This document shows positions 46,630 through 57,182 of a DNA stretch of 64,000 bases, piece by piece. Every line of letters starts with the position of its first letter. Position 1 is the first letter of the stretch. The notes under the pieces were generated by a model that saw nothing but the letters and a program-made list of their open reading frames with translations, searched no databases and had not been told where the DNA came from. This DNA is from an uncultured Christensenellaceae bacterium (GTDB lineage: Bacteria > Bacillota > Clostridia > Christensenellales > Borkfalkiaceae), in NCBI GenBank assembly GCA_910588645.1, contig CAJUOY010000008.1, positions 8,946 through 72,945 on the forward strand. The letters are read 5' to 3'. Both the position numbers and the translations under genes were made by a program.

Positions 46630-49600
46630 TTAATTAAAACTTACCGCAAATTTCAAAAATTTTGTCATCGCAAGCATTGTTTTAGCGGGCGTAGAGGCAG
46701 GTCTGAATATAATCTGCGGAGATTTCGCCATTGAAAGAGTGACTCTATTGCGATATTTTTCCAATGCCGCGGAGAGCCTACCGTCTTCGAGCGATTGAAC
46801 GGACGCAAGTTCCAAAGCGCCCGCATTACCGTCCACGCTTATTTTCCTTACGTTGAATTTTGCCGCAAACGATTTAAGCACGGAAATAATCAATAGATTT
46901 AAAACTTCTTCCGGCATAGGGCCGTAATTATCCTCTATGGAAAGACATACCCTCTTATAATCGTCAACCGAACGAATTTCGGCAATCTGCTTGTAGCAGT
47001 CCAGTCTTCCCGCACTGCTTTCGACATATTTTTCAGGTATATACGCAGTTGTCTTTACGTCGAGTTCGGCAGCTAACTGGCTTTCACCCGTCAACTCCTC
47101 TTTCAGAAGTTTTGAATAAAGTTCGTAACCTACTTTATCCATATGCCCGTGCTGTTCTGCGCCCAGTACGTTTCCCGCGCCGCGAATTTCAAGATCACGC
47201 ATTGCGATTTTAAAGCCGGAACCCAGTTCGGTAAAACGCATAATCGCCTTTAATCGCTCCGTCGCGTCAGACGTAAGCACTTTGGACGCTTTGAAAGTAA
47301 AGTAAGCCTGCGCAAGCCTCGAGCCTCTGCCTACTCGTCCCCTCAACTGATACAACTGGGATATTCCCAATCTGTCGGAATCGATAACAATAATCGTGTT
47401 TGCATTGGGCAAATCTATTCCGTTCTCTATAATAGTAGTAGTTACAAGAATATTTTTTTCTCCGCGGTAAAATGAGAAAACCGCGTTTTCGAGAGTTTCC
47501 CTATCCATTCGTCCGTGCGCGTAACATACTTTTCCTTCCGGTACGATTTCGGTTATCTTCCCTGCAAAGGTGGATATACTCTCAACTCTGTTATAAAGTA
47601 TGAACACCTGTCCTCCGCGTGAGATTTCACGAATGCAGGCGTCTCTTATCAAGGTTTCACTCTCCTCAACGACGTAAGTCTGTACCGGCAGTCTCTTCAA
47701 CGGCGGCGTATTTATAGTAGAAATATCTCGTATACCCGCAAGCGACATATGGAGCGTACGCGGTATTGGAGTTGCCGTCATAGTAAGACAATCGACATTC
47801 TTTTTAACGTGTTTGATTTTTTCCTTATGCTCGACGCCGAATCGCTGCTCCTCGTCAAGCACAAGGAGTCCGAGATCGTTGAAAACAACGTCGGGAGAAA
47901 GTAGCCTGTGCGTACCGATTATAAGATCTATATTCCCTTCCGCAAGCTCTTTTAAAATTCTTTTTTGCTGTTGCGGAGTTTTAAATCTGTTAAGCGCTTC
48001 CACCCTTACGCCGAATTCCTTGAACCTCTCTTCCGCAGTATTGAAGTGCTGTTCGGAAAGTACGGTCGAAGGACACATAAGAGCGGCTTGTTTGCCGCCG
48101 AGAACGCAGAGATAAATCGCCCTGAGCGCAACTTCCGTTTTGCCGTAGCCCACGTCGCCGCAAAGCAACCTGTCCATAACTTTGGAAGAGCACATATCCG
48201 ACTTTATCTCTTCTATGGAAGTAAGCTGGTCGGGCGTCTCCTCATAGTCGAACGAATTCTCGAATTCATCCATCATAGCCGCGTTATCGGGGAAACAAAA
48301 TCCCTTTTGCGCATTGCGCTCCGCGTACAATTCTTTGAGATCGAATGCAAGTTTTTTTATTGATTGCTTTACTCTGTCTTTAACACGTTCGAATTCCGCG
48401 CCGCCGATTTTGGAAAGCGCGGGATTGCCCTCGCCCACGTACTTGGACAGAATATCCATTTGTTCGACAGGCACGTACAGAACGTCCCCACCCTTGTATT
48501 CTATCGCAAGGTATTCCTTTATACCATCCGTGGATTCGATCTTCTTTGTTCCTGCGATTTTGCCTATACCGTGTTTTTCATGTACGCAAAAATCGCCGAC
48601 TTCGGGCGAGACAAAAAGATCTCCGCGTTTTTTTCTTATCCGCTTTGTTACAGCTTTCGTATACAGGTCGTTACTGCCTATAATTACCGTCTTGCTTTCG
48701 TGCAAAACAAAACCATGCGACAGCTCTTCCGAACAAACTGCGACGCCCCGCAACGCCTCCGCCCTGTCGGGAACGGGATATACGGGCAAGTACTCATCAG
48801 TGAGAATGTCGCATAATTTGCCGTGACGCTGAACGTTACCCGCAAACACTACTATACGATAACCGTTCGCCAACCAGTTTTTAACGTCGGTTATAAATTG
48901 CGGCATACCGTTAAGATAGGAGGGCACGGGCGTCGAACGCAAGTTATACGTTTGCAGAGGACGAAAAAAAGCCATACCCGAGGTAAACGTTTGAACGCCC
49001 AGGCAACGGTAATTTTTAAATCCTTCCGTCAATATATTGAGAGTGATTAATTGATTTTGGGAAAAGGAAAAGGCCTCGCCTCCTTCCCTGAGACTAAGCA
49101 CGCGTTCGGAATGCTCTTTATAAATACCCTGCAACCTGTCGTCAATAAGTTTACATTCGTCAAGAATAATAACGGTATCTTTGGGAAGCAGTCCGAAAAT
49201 ATCGGTAGTATCTTCTAATAACGGCATAAGAAAAGACGCGCCTGCAAACCCCACATTCTCTTCCGCTTTTGAGGCAATATCATCCGCAATAGCGCGCATA
49301 CGCTCAAAAGCTTTAGTATCTTTGGCTTTCTTTGCCTCCGAATACATTAACCCGGTAACCTTTGATATTTCTTCTTTTTTTATAAAGGCGTCCGCCGCCG
49401 AGGTTACCGTAATTTCCTTAATCTCTTCAAGCCTTTCTCCCGTAACCGAATCATACGGTCTTATCTTTTCAATGGTATCGCCGAAAAAGTCTATACGAAC
49501 GGGATTTTCCGCATTTACGGGAAATATATCCAATATATCTCCGCGAACGGCGAAACAGCCCCTATTATCTGCGGAATACTCGCGCGTATATCCCATTTTA

Positions 49601-50043
49601 ACAAGTTTTTTAGGAAGATCGGCGTAATCTATTTCGTCTCCGCAAATAAATTGCACGAACGGTATATTTGCAGGAAAAAGCTGTAATATTGCGTCCACTT
49701 CGCATACGATGATTTCCGCGCCGTGCAATATGTCGTAAACGGCGCTTATGCGGCGAAACAGTGCGTCCTTTGAAAGCGCGTCCTTATAAAGTATGACGTC
49801 GTCCTTGGCAGAAAGATACGTACATTTCTTGCCCGAAAGAACGGTTACCGCCTCATACGCTTTCCTTGCCGTAATAGAGTCTGGAGCGACGTATAAAACT
49901 GTTTTGCCCGCAATAGCGGCAATCAGATATTTGTGATAGTCGGAAACGCCGAAAACCGCCGTCGGCGTACCGAGGCGGATATCATTTTCAAGCAGGGGAT
50001 ACTCTCCCGATAAATTTTTAAAGGTAAAAAAGTTTTTAATCAA
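46630..50043 (-). CDS. mfd: Transcription-repair coupling factor
   Basis: 1137 aa. UvrB-homology N-terminus, CarD-like RNAP-interaction domain, SF2 helicase motifs GDVGYGKTEVA and LDEEQRFG, and a TRCF C-terminal domain. pth-mfd synteny supports the call. Confidence 0.95.
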   Translation of the reverse strand: MIKNFFTFKNLSGEYPLLENDIRLGTPTAVFGVSDYHKYLIAAIAGKTVLYVAPDSITARKAYEAVTVLSGKKCTYLSAKDDVILYKDALSKDALFRRISAVYDILHGAEIIVCEVDAILQLFPANIPFVQFICGDEIDYADLPKKLVKMGYTREYSADNRGCFAVRGDILDIFPVNAENPVRIDFFGDTIEKIRPYDSVTGERLEEIKEITVTSAADAFIKKEEISKVTGLMYSEAKKAKDTKAFERMRAIADDIASKAEENVGFAGASFLMPLLEDTTDIFGLLPKDTVIILDECKLIDDRLQGIYKEHSERVLSLREGGEAFSFSQNQLITLNILTEGFKNYRCLGVQTFTSGMAFFRPLQTYNLRSTPVPSYLNGMPQFITDVKNWLANGYRIVVFAGNVQRHGKLCDILTDEYLPVYPVPDRAEALRGVAVCSEELSHGFVLHESKTVIIGSNDLYTKAVTKRIRKKRGDLFVSPEVGDFCVHEKHGIGKIAGTKKIESTDGIKEYLAIEYKGGDVLYVPVEQMDILSKYVGEGNPALSKIGGAEFERVKDRVKQSIKKLAFDLKELYAERNAQKGFCFPDNAAMMDEFENSFDYEETPDQLTSIEEIKSDMCSSKVMDRLLCGDVGYGKTEVALRAIYLCVLGGKQAALMCPSTVLSEQHFNTAEERFKEFGVRVEALNRFKTPQQQKRILKELAEGNIDLIIGTHRLLSPDVVFNDLGLLVLDEEQRFGVEHKEKIKHVKKNVDCLTMTATPIPRTLHMSLAGIRDISTINTPPLKRLPVQTYVVEESETLIRDACIREISRGGQVFILYNRVESISTFAGKITEIVPEGKVCYAHGRMDRETLENAVFSFYRGEKNILVTTTIIENGIDLPNANTIIVIDSDRLGISQLYQLRGRVGRGSRLAQAYFTFKASKVLTSDATERLKAIMRFTELGSGFKIAMRDLEIRGAGNVLGAEQHGHMDKVGYELYSKLLKEELTGESQLAAELDVKTTAYIPEKYVESSAGRLDCYKQIAEIRSVDDYKRVCLSIEDNYGPMPEEVLNLLIISVLKSFAAKFNVRKISVDGNAGALELASVQSLEDGRLSAALEKYRNRVTLSMAKSPQIIFRPASTPAKTMLAMTKFLKFAVSFN

Positions 50044-50048
50044 AATAT

Positions 50049-50612
50049 CTAACCGTTAAATTTAGTCATAGCGTTTTCAACGCTTTCCCCTCCCGCAATG
50101 GCAAGAGCCGCATCCGCTGCTCTGCCGCAGGCGGAAATAAATAATTCGTAGTCCTCTTTTCTCACTTCGGAAAGAACGTAATTGATTATTGGTATATTAA
50201 CTTCGGAATCGCGAATGCCAATTCGGATACGGATAAAATTCTGCGTACCGATCTCAGCAATTACAGAACGCATTCCGTTGTGAGTTCCTGCGCTTCCCGA
50301 AGGTCTTATTCTCACGCTACCCTTTGGAATGTCGTAATCGTCGTACATTATTATCAAATGTTCGGCATCCGTCTTATATTTGGCGAGAAGCTGTTTTACC
50401 GCCCGTCCGCTTGCGTTCATATACGTTACGGGACGCGCCATAATAATTTTTTCACCATTTATATTAGCTTCCGCAACAAACGCCTCGCATTCCCTTTTTT
50501 TGAATTTCACGCCCGTCTTTGCCGCCACGTCACCCACGGCGATATAACCCATATTGTGGAACGTTTTCAAATACTTTTCTTCCGGATTACCTAAGCCTAC
50601 TATGATATACAT
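50049..50612 (-). CDS. pth: Peptidyl-tRNA hydrolase
   Basis: 187 aa. IVGLGNPEEKYLKTFHNMG and GTHNGMRS motifs. Confidence 0.95.
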   Translation of the reverse strand: MYIIVGLGNPEEKYLKTFHNMGYIAVGDVAAKTGVKFKKRECEAFVAEANINGEKIIMARPVTYMNASGRAVKQLLAKYKTDAEHLIIMYDDYDIPKGSVRIRPSGSAGTHNGMRSVIAEIGTQNFIRIRIGIRDSEVNIPIINYVLSEVRKEDYELFISACGRAADAALAIAGGESVENAMTKFNG

Positions 50613-50624
50613 AATTTTCCTTTT

Positions 50625-50650
50625 AAAAAAGCCGCTTTGTGCGGCTTTTC
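50625..50650 (-). terminator. Intrinsic terminator after prs, abutting the pth RBS
   Basis: Minus strand reads aaaagccgc-acaaa-gcggctttttt, then aaaaGGAAAatt-ATG. Confidence 0.55.
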
Positions 50651-50678
50651 AAATTATTAGTTTAATTCGATTTTAAAA

Positions 50679-51626
50679 TCAATCGTAAATTTTTGACATT
50701 GACTTATCGAGATAAACGTTCTCGATCGCGGCTGCGAAAATAGGTGCCGTAGAAATCATTTTAAAAATGGGCAACATCTTTTCCGCGGGGATATTGATAG
50801 TGTCCAAAATAGCAAGCTCCGTTATGGGAGAAGCCGCCAACCTATCTATCGCAGGACCGGACAAAACGCCGTGGGAACAGCACGCATAAATATTTTTTGC
50901 ACCCGCCTCTTTCAACGCTTTCGCGCCCTGAACTATCGTTCCTGCCGTATCTATCATATCGTCGACCATAAGACAAGTCTTGCCCTCTACGTCTCCGATA
51001 ATATTCATAACTTCCATAACGTTAGCCTTGGGACGACGCTTGTCAATAATCGCCATCTTTGCGTCCATCTTTGCCGCAACTTTTCTTGCGCGCGCTACCG
51101 ATCCGATATCGGGAGAAACAACCACGAAATTATCGTCGACTTTCGGTTTGAAATAATTGTAAAGCGTGGGACCGCCGACAAGATTGTCAAGCGGAATATC
51201 GAAGAAACCCTGAATTTGCATACAGTGCAGATCCATTGTAAGAACTCTGTCCGCGCCCGCGCTGGTTATGAGGTTGGCAACGAGCTTTGCGGTTATAGGC
51301 TCTCTGGAACGGGCCTTTCTGTCCTGACGCGCGTAACCGAAATAGGGAATAACCGCGGTAATTCTGCCCGCGCTCGCTCTCTTGGCCGCGTCGATCATTA
51401 TCAAAAGTTCCATAAGGTTCGTATTTACCGGATAACTTGTAGACTGAACAAGGAATACGTCCATTCCGCGAATAGTCTCGTTAAAGCGAACGTAGATCTC
51501 CCCGTCGGAAAAATGAGTAACTTCCATTTCGCCGAGAGTAGTGTTAAGTTTTGCCGCGATTTTTTCAGCAAGCGGTTTGTTGGAATTACCCGAAAATATC
51601 TTTATTTCGTTTCCGTGGTTAATCAT
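50679..51626 (-). CDS. prs: Ribose-phosphate pyrophosphokinase
   Basis: 315 aa. YFGYARQDRK, DLH and VDDMIDTAGT motifs. Confidence 0.95.
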   Translation of the reverse strand: MINHGNEIKIFSGNSNKPLAEKIAAKLNTTLGEMEVTHFSDGEIYVRFNETIRGMDVFLVQSTSYPVNTNLMELLIMIDAAKRASAGRITAVIPYFGYARQDRKARSREPITAKLVANLITSAGADRVLTMDLHCMQIQGFFDIPLDNLVGGPTLYNYFKPKVDDNFVVVSPDIGSVARARKVAAKMDAKMAIIDKRRPKANVMEVMNIIGDVEGKTCLMVDDMIDTAGTIVQGAKALKEAGAKNIYACCSHGVLSGPAIDRLAASPITELAILDTINIPAEKMLPIFKMISTAPIFAAAIENVYLDKSMSKIYD

Positions 51627-51738
51627 TAGGTTTTCCTCCGAATGTATATTAAATCCGTAAATCGGGAGAAATCTTCTCGCCTCTTCCCGTCACGGTTTGG
51701 AAACAGTATTTTATAGCGAACTTAATCCGCGCTAATTA

Positions 51739-51767
51739 ATTGTATAATTATCTTTTAATATTGTCAA
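51739..51767 (-). promoter_or_regulatory. Sigma-A-type promoter for prs (about 105-nt leader)
   Basis: Minus strand reads TTGACA, a 17-nt spacer, then TACAAT. Confidence 0.45.
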
Positions 51768-51795
51768 CTGATTGAACGGATTTAATTTACCGATA

Positions 51796-52257
51796 TTATT
51801 TTGATCTTAACCGCATTTCTTTGAAAAAAGCAGACAATATTTCCGCGCACTCGTTCTCCATAATCCCGCCCTCGACTTCGATAACGTGATTTACGAGATT
51901 TGCGTTGGCAATCTGCTCCGTAAGCGTGCGTCCCTTACCTTCGGGCGCGCCGAAATAACATTTCTTTATACGGGCGTTAAGCATCGCCCCCATACACATA
52001 GGGCAAGGTTCAAGCGTAACGTAAATTTCACATTCGGGTATACGCCAGCTCTTGAACTTTTTACAGGCCTTTTCAATCGCTTCTATCTCCGCGTGCGCTG
52101 TGGCTATTTGCTTTGCCGTACGCCTGTTGTGCCCGCGCGAAACGATCTTATCGTCTGCAACTATTACCGCTCCTATCGGCACCTCGCCGGCGGCCAATGC
52201 TTTCTCCGCCTCCTTCAAGGCGGCTTTCATAAATTTATTTTCCATAATCTTCCGCAA
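51796..52257 (-). CDS. tadA: tRNA adenosine(34) deaminase
   Basis: HAEIEAI and PCPMCMGA zinc motifs. The true start is probably the internal ATG at 52245 (MENKFMKAAL). Confidence 0.9.
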   Translation of the reverse strand: MRKIMENKFMKAALKEAEKALAAGEVPIGAVIVADDKIVSRGHNRRTAKQIATAHAEIEAIEKACKKFKSWRIPECEIYVTLEPCPMCMGAMLNARIKKCYFGAPEGKGRTLTEQIANANLVNHVIEVEGGIMENECAEILSAFFKEMRLRSK

Positions 52258-52966
52258 AAATTTTAAGTAGTTTATAGCATTTTTTAAGATGTTTGAGTTT
52301 ATTGATAGGGTGCGTCAAGACATCCGAGCCGCATTCGATCGTGTATGCGGGAATATGAAGCTTTTGTATGCACCAGTCCTTGTAGCCGCCCGCGGAACCG
52401 AAAATACGTTTTATGCTGTAACCCGTAACTCTGTTTATTATCTCCGCGCCGCGCACATCTCCCCTTCCGCCGAATTCCCAGTAAATTTCTTCGCCCTTGG
52501 TGTGAAAACTCAGCGTTACGTACGGCTGAATCTTTTTAGTAAATTCACGCAAAGCAATCGTCTCGGGTTCGGAAAACGGATAGTCGCCTATACAGTTTTC
52601 ACTCCCTCTGCAAGTGGTATTATATCGCCCGTGTCCCCAGTCCGCGTCAAAATTACAGTTGAGGTCCACTCCTCGCGCGTTTGCTTTCCATAGAGGCAGC
52701 GTCGTCTGAGAAATATTAGCTCCGTCGGGATTGAGCAACGGTATTACCCAACCGCCCCCCTTTTTAATGCGTTTTTTAATATGTTTCAAGGCGAGTCTTG
52801 CAGTTATCCACTCTCTGGCGTGTACCGCGTATACCGCGATAAATTGTCGGCTGTAGTCGGAACCTACGTGAAAAGCGTAAATTTCGCGCCCGTGGCAGGA
52901 ATAGCCTATTACACATTTTTTATAGGGATACCTTTGGTAAAAAAGCGATACTTCGTCATAAATCAC
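52235..52966 (-). CDS. M14 family zinc carboxypeptidase (gamma-D-glutamyl-meso-diaminopimelate peptidase-like)
   Basis: 243 aa. HAREWIT (HxxE), NPDG, VDLNCNF and SFHTKGEEIYW motifs. Confidence 0.8.
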   Translation of the reverse strand: MIYDEVSLFYQRYPYKKCVIGYSCHGREIYAFHVGSDYSRQFIAVYAVHAREWITARLALKHIKKRIKKGGGWVIPLLNPDGANISQTTLPLWKANARGVDLNCNFDADWGHGRYNTTCRGSENCIGDYPFSEPETIALREFTKKIQPYVTLSFHTKGEEIYWEFGGRGDVRGAEIINRVTGYSIKRIFGSAGGYKDWCIQKLHIPAYTIECGSDVLTHPINKLKHLKKCYKLLKIFAEDYGK

Positions 52967-52985
52967 ATAACACTATATGATTTTT

Positions 52986-53423
52986 TTACTTGTGATATTC
53001 GCTCCCCGCATTAATCATAAAAGCCCTGTACACCTGTTCGCAGAGAATTACCCGCATAAGCTGATGAGGAAAAGTCATATCGGAAAAAGACAATTTATAA
53101 TCCGCCGCGTCCTTTACCCTTTGCGACAAGCCGCAGGAAGAACCTATTACGAAAGTTATCTCCCGCCCTCTGTCGCACAGCTTTTTTATTTCGGAAGCCA
53201 AATTCTCGCTGGACAGCTTAACGCCCTCCACGCAGAGCGCAAATACATAACCTTTCAAATTTCGCAAAAGCGATGAACTTTCGTCCTCAATATCGCGGCC
53301 TTCCGCAATTTCCTTAATTTCCACTTTTGCAAATCTTGACAGTCTCTTCACATATTCAGTTACTGCCTGACGGTAAAACTCTTCCTTTATTTTACCCACA
53401 CACAAAATATTTATTTTTATCAT
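52986..53423 (-). CDS. rlmH: 23S rRNA (pseudouridine1915-N3)-methyltransferase
   Basis: SPOUT-family RlmH, about 145 aa (MIKINILCVGKIKEEFY ... GSSCGLS ... LSFSDMTFPHQLMR). Start trimmed to ATG 53423, overlapping the upstream stop. Confidence 0.9.
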   Translation of the reverse strand: MIKINILCVGKIKEEFYRQAVTEYVKRLSRFAKVEIKEIAEGRDIEDESSSLLRNLKGYVFALCVEGVKLSSENLASEIKKLCDRGREITFVIGSSCGLSQRVKDAADYKLSFSDMTFPHQLMRVILCEQVYRAFMINAGSEYHK

Positions 53424-54388
53424 AACGGCATAAAAAACGAACTGATCCAATTAATGCTCATCAGCAAAACACCTATTGAGGCGAAAGCAAAAAACCATTT
53501 AACTCCGCCCGACTTGGCTTTTTTAAGCGGTTTCTTATCCAAAATCAACCAAACAACCGAACCGATAAAAGCCAATCCTGCAAAAACGGTAATCAAAATA
53601 AACGCAAGGTCGGACAAAATAAGATTACCACCCGAATCAAATAATCCGCAAGCCTTAAAAACTATTATCAGCGCATTATTTATAAAATGCATCAAAACGG
53701 AAGGCAATATCGAACCCGAACGCAGAGCCAAAAACGCAAACGCACATCCCGCTATAAACTGATACACCGTCTGCTCGGGAGACGCGTGAAAAAGCGCGAA
53801 ACTAAAACCGACAATAAATATCGTCCTTACCGTACCCAAACTATCTTCGCAGGTATTGAGAATTATTCCGCGAAACAGAGTTTCCTCCACAACCGCGGGC
53901 ATAACCGCAATTATCAAAAGGGCAAGCACAATATGCCCGCCGGACAAGTCGGGAAAATAATCGGACGGTTCGCGCTGTTGATAACCGAGCGCCTTAAACA
54001 ACTCTATAAACGGTAAGTCGGCATGCGCTGCAAAAAACAACAGACCGAAAATGAGCGTTATCGCAATCAAATAATATTTGGGATGACATCTTACGGGAAA
54101 TATAGTTTTGAATTTTATTTTTTTATAGTACAACACGAAAGATATCGCGGGAACAATCGCTATTGGTGCGACAAGATAATTCAGATAAGTAAACAGATCG
54201 GTATTTTTTTCTACGCCGCAGGCGGATAAAATGCCCTGCATAATCGCCGCAACGATAAAAATAAGGAGCGCAGACAAACTGAACACCACCCCGCCCACGT
54301 GCGAGGACGGAAGCTTTACGGAAAATAAGCCCTTACCGCCATTATCGTTGCCGTTGAAATTTTCAATCATATAACGATTATAGCGCAA
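53420..54388 (-). CDS. CPBP family intramembrane glutamic endopeptidase
   Basis: 322 aa polytopic protein. EETLFRG, FALFH and HFINN motifs. Confidence 0.85.
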   Translation of the reverse strand: MRYNRYMIENFNGNDNGGKGLFSVKLPSSHVGGVVFSLSALLIFIVAAIMQGILSACGVEKNTDLFTYLNYLVAPIAIVPAISFVLYYKKIKFKTIFPVRCHPKYYLIAITLIFGLLFFAAHADLPFIELFKALGYQQREPSDYFPDLSGGHIVLALLIIAVMPAVVEETLFRGIILNTCEDSLGTVRTIFIVGFSFALFHASPEQTVYQFIAGCAFAFLALRSGSILPSVLMHFINNALIIVFKACGLFDSGGNLILSDLAFILITVFAGLAFIGSVVWLILDKKPLKKAKSGGVKWFFAFASIGVLLMSINWISSFFMPL

Positions 54389-54448
54389 TTTGGCATTTTA
54401 GTAAAATATTTAATTTACTTTTATTTAAAAATATTATAAAATTATCGT

Positions 54449-55288
54449 ATGCGAAAGATTAATACCGATCTGATAGAAGAAAAGATTTATAAAATGGCTT
54501 TAAGCGCCGGGGTAAACCTTACTCCTTCCTGCATAGACGCTATGCACAAGGCCTTAAAATCAGAAACAGGTCTTGCGGCGGAATTTGCCTTGAAAACGCT
54601 GATAGACAACAGCGAGATCGCCGTAAAGGAACATATGCCCGTATGTCAGGATACAGGCATGGCGGTCGTCATTCTCGAAATAGGGCAAAACGTATTTTTT
54701 GAAGGCAAACCGCTTAAAAAAGCCGTAAACGACGGCGTAAGACGCGCATATGCCGACGGGTTCTTCAGAAAGTCGGTTTGCGATCCCATAACCCGCATCA
54801 ACTCGGGAGACAATACTCCCGCCGTCCTGCATACCGAAATAACCGATGGCGACGATTTAAAAATAACGTTTATGCCTAAGGGATTCGGCAGTGAAAATAT
54901 GTCAAAACTCTATATGCTGAAACCCGCGCAGGGTGTCGAAGGAATAATAAATGCGATAGTCGATACCGTAAAACAAGCGGGTTCTCGTCCCTGTCCTCCC
55001 GTTTACGTCGGCGTTGGCATCGGCGGCACGTTCGATTCCTGCGCATACTTAGCTAAAAAAGCTCTTACAAGAGACGTTGGAACAAACAACGACCGCGCCG
55101 AAATTGCCGAAATAGAAAATGAGGCGCTTAAAAGAATTAACAATCTGAACATAGGCAGTCAGGGCTTTCACGGCAACACTACCGCTCTCGGTGTAAGCTG
55201 CGAATACGCGCCCACCCACATAGCGGGACTTCCGGTAGCCGTAAATATTCAATGTCACTGCGTCCGCTGTGTGAAGGAGATATTATGA
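54449..55288 (+). CDS. Fe-S type hydro-lyase alpha subunit (class I fumarate hydratase / tartrate dehydratase family)
   Basis: 279 aa. PVCQDTGMAVV motif and Cys ligands. Paired with a beta subunit. Confidence 0.85.
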   Translation: MRKINTDLIEEKIYKMALSAGVNLTPSCIDAMHKALKSETGLAAEFALKTLIDNSEIAVKEHMPVCQDTGMAVVILEIGQNVFFEGKPLKKAVNDGVRRAYADGFFRKSVCDPITRINSGDNTPAVLHTEITDGDDLKITFMPKGFGSENMSKLYMLKPAQGVEGIINAIVDTVKQAGSRPCPPVYVGVGIGGTFDSCAYLAKKALTRDVGTNNDRAEIAEIENEALKRINNLNIGSQGFHGNTTALGVSCEYAPTHIAGLPVAVNIQCHCVRCVKEIL

Positions 55289-55803
55289 AAAATTTGACGT
55301 TGCCTTTATCGGAAAACGATATATTATCGCTTAAAGCCGGCGACAGCGTAACGCTTTCAGGGGTTATACTTACCGCGCGCGACTGTGCGCATAAACGCAT
55401 AACCGAAATTATAGATAGCGGCGAAAAACTTCCTTTCGAATTAAAAAACTCGGTAATATATTACGCAGGCCCCTGCCCTGCAAAGCCCGGGCAGGCTTCC
55501 GGCAGTTGCGGCCCTACAACATCTGCGAGAATGGAAGGCTTCGCGCCTAAAATTCTCGATTTGGGACTTAAAGCAATTATCGGGAAAGGTGAAATGAACT
55601 CCTCCACCCGTGAAGCACTCAAAAGAAATAAAGCCGTATACTTTGCGGCAATAGGCGGCGCAGGCGCCCTTTACGGAAACGCAATAAAAAATAGCGAATG
55701 CATTGCTTTCCCCGAACTTTTATCCGAAGCCGTTTACAGACTGGAAGTAGAAAATTTTCCTTTAATAGTGGCTTACGACTGTTTCGGAAATTCTATATAT
55801 TGA
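55285..55803 (+). CDS. Fe-S type hydro-lyase beta subunit (class I fumarate hydratase family)
   Basis: GPTTSARME and AIGGAGAL motifs. Start trimmed to ATG 55285, overlapping the alpha-subunit stop (ATGA), with a GGAG SD. Confidence 0.85.
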   Translation: MKNLTLPLSENDILSLKAGDSVTLSGVILTARDCAHKRITEIIDSGEKLPFELKNSVIYYAGPCPAKPGQASGSCGPTTSARMEGFAPKILDLGLKAIIGKGEMNSSTREALKRNKAVYFAAIGGAGALYGNAIKNSECIAFPELLSEAVYRLEVENFPLIVAYDCFGNSIY

Positions 55804-55830
55804 GTTATGCGATAAAGAACACAAATTCGT

Positions 55831-55859
55831 TTGACATTAAAGTAAACCGATATTATAAT
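55831..55859 (+). promoter_or_regulatory. Consensus sigma-A promoter of the pheST leader
   Basis: TTGACA, a 17-nt spacer, then TATAAT. Confidence 0.55.
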
Positions 55860-55897
55860 GTTAACAAACTTATATAACATTTTTTATCAATTTTAAA

Positions 55898-56136
55898 GGC
55901 TGTGACCAAGACAGACGCTTTTTAAAATCCTTTTCAGAGAGGAAAATCCGAAAACGGCTGAAAGATTTTCCATTGGACAAAAGCGGTATTCACTTGCGAG
56001 CCGACGGGCGAAAAGTTTTCCTATTAGTCCGCTCCGCACCTCTTGCGTTAAAGAGAAATTAAGGCGGCTTATGCCGTGAAGTCAGGTGGTACCGCGGTAA
56101 TTCCGCCCTGTGCAATGCACGGGGCGTTTATTTTTT
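55898..56136 (+). promoter_or_regulatory. T-box riboswitch leader, Phe (UUC) specifier
   Basis: The Stem I base GGC-TGTGAC-CAAG pairs with CTTG-CGA-GCC (a K-turn-like GA motif). AGAGA is at 55936..55940. TTC at 55989..55991 is followed by A and the lower helix, which is the canonical specifier position. The T-box sequence tcaGGTGGTACCGCGgtaa is at about 56081..56100. A terminator hairpin cgccctgtgc/gcacggggcg plus a T-run lies at 56104..56136. The downstream genes are pheST. Confidence 0.85.
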
Positions 56137-56148
56137 GGAGAAACAAAT

Positions 56149-57171
56149 ATGCAAGACAAAATCAACGAAATCGAAAAAAGTATCGACGAAGCCGTAAAAG
56201 ACGTTCAATCCAGCAAAACATTGCAGGAAATCAAGTTGAAGTTCCTTGGCAAAACGGGCGTTATCTCTTCGCTTATGAAGAATATGCGCGACGTTCCGCC
56301 CGAACAGCGTCCTTCAATGGGCAAAGTTTTAAACGCTTTGAGACAGTGGTCGGAGGAAAAATTTGCGGCTATAGAAAAAAGGCTCAAAGAATTCGAGCTT
56401 AAAAGAAAGTACGATGAAGAGCAGATCGATGTGACGCTTCCCGGACGCTGTCCCGCAGACGGCGCGTTGCATCCCAATACTCTTATAAGAAACGAACTTA
56501 TCTCTATATTTGCGGGAATGGGCTTCGAAGTTTACGAAGGTCCGGAAATTGAAAACGATTACTATAACTTTACCGCGCTCAATACTCCCGCCGATCATCC
56601 CGCAAGAGATATGCAGGATACGTTCTATCTTGCCAAAGATCTATTACTGCGCACGCAAACTTCGGCAGGACAAATCAGAGTAATGGAGAACAAAAAACCT
56701 CCCATCAAAATACTGTCACCCGGAAAAGTTTACAGAAGCGACGACGACGCTACGCATTCGCCTATGTTCTCACAAATGGAAGGTCTTGTCGTAGATAAGG
56801 GTATTACTCTTTGCGACCTTAAAGGAATGCTTGACGAATTCGCTCGCAAAATATTCGGCGAAAACGTTAAAACACGTTTGCGTCCCTCTTACTTCCCCTT
56901 TACAGAACCTTCCGTAGAAGTCGACGTGAGTTGCTTCGAATGCGGCGGCAAAGGTTGCAGACTTTGCAAAGGCACGGGCTGGATAGAAGTCCTCGGAGCG
57001 GGTATGGTAAACCGTCGCGTTTTAGAGGGTTGCGGCATCAATCCCGACGAATACACGGGCTTTGCCTTCGGTATGGGTATCGAGAGAATAGCTATGCTTA
57101 AATTCGGCATCAACAATATGAAACTCCTCTTTGAGGGCGATACAAGATTTTTAAAACAGTTCAAGGTTTAA
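56149..57171 (+). CDS. pheS: Phenylalanine-tRNA ligase alpha subunit
   Basis: Class II aaRS motifs ([11 protein letters not shown], FRSDxDATH-like [20 protein letters not shown]). Start trimmed to ATG 56149 ([10 protein letters not shown]), after the T-box terminator, with a GGAG SD. Confidence 0.95.
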   Translation: MQDKINEIEKSIDEAVKDVQSSKTLQEIKLKFLGKTGVISSLMKNMRDVPPEQRPSMGKVLNALRQWSEEKFAAIEKRLKEFELKRKYDEEQIDVTLPGRCPADGALHPNTLIRNELISIFAGMGFEVYEGPEIENDYYNFTALNTPADHPARDMQDTFYLAKDLLLRTQTSAGQIRVMENKKPPIKILSPGKVYRSDDDATHSPMFSQMEGLVVDKGITLCDLKGMLDEFARKIFGENVKTRLRPSYFPFTEPSVEVDVSCFECGGKGCRLCKGTGWIEVLGAGMVNRRVLEGCGINPDEYTGFAFGMGIERIAMLKFGINNMKLLFEGDTRFLKQFKV

Positions 57172-57182
57172 GGAGTTAATTT

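Noticed and set aside
51627-51738. Riboswitch in the ~105-nt prs leader (PRPP / ykkC-like considered because of ACGGGAAG)
   Set aside because: Only short, weak helices are present (gcg...cgc, cggga...tcccg). I could not match it to any aptamer consensus and there is no terminator. It is treated as an ordinary 5' UTR pending a covariance-model scan.
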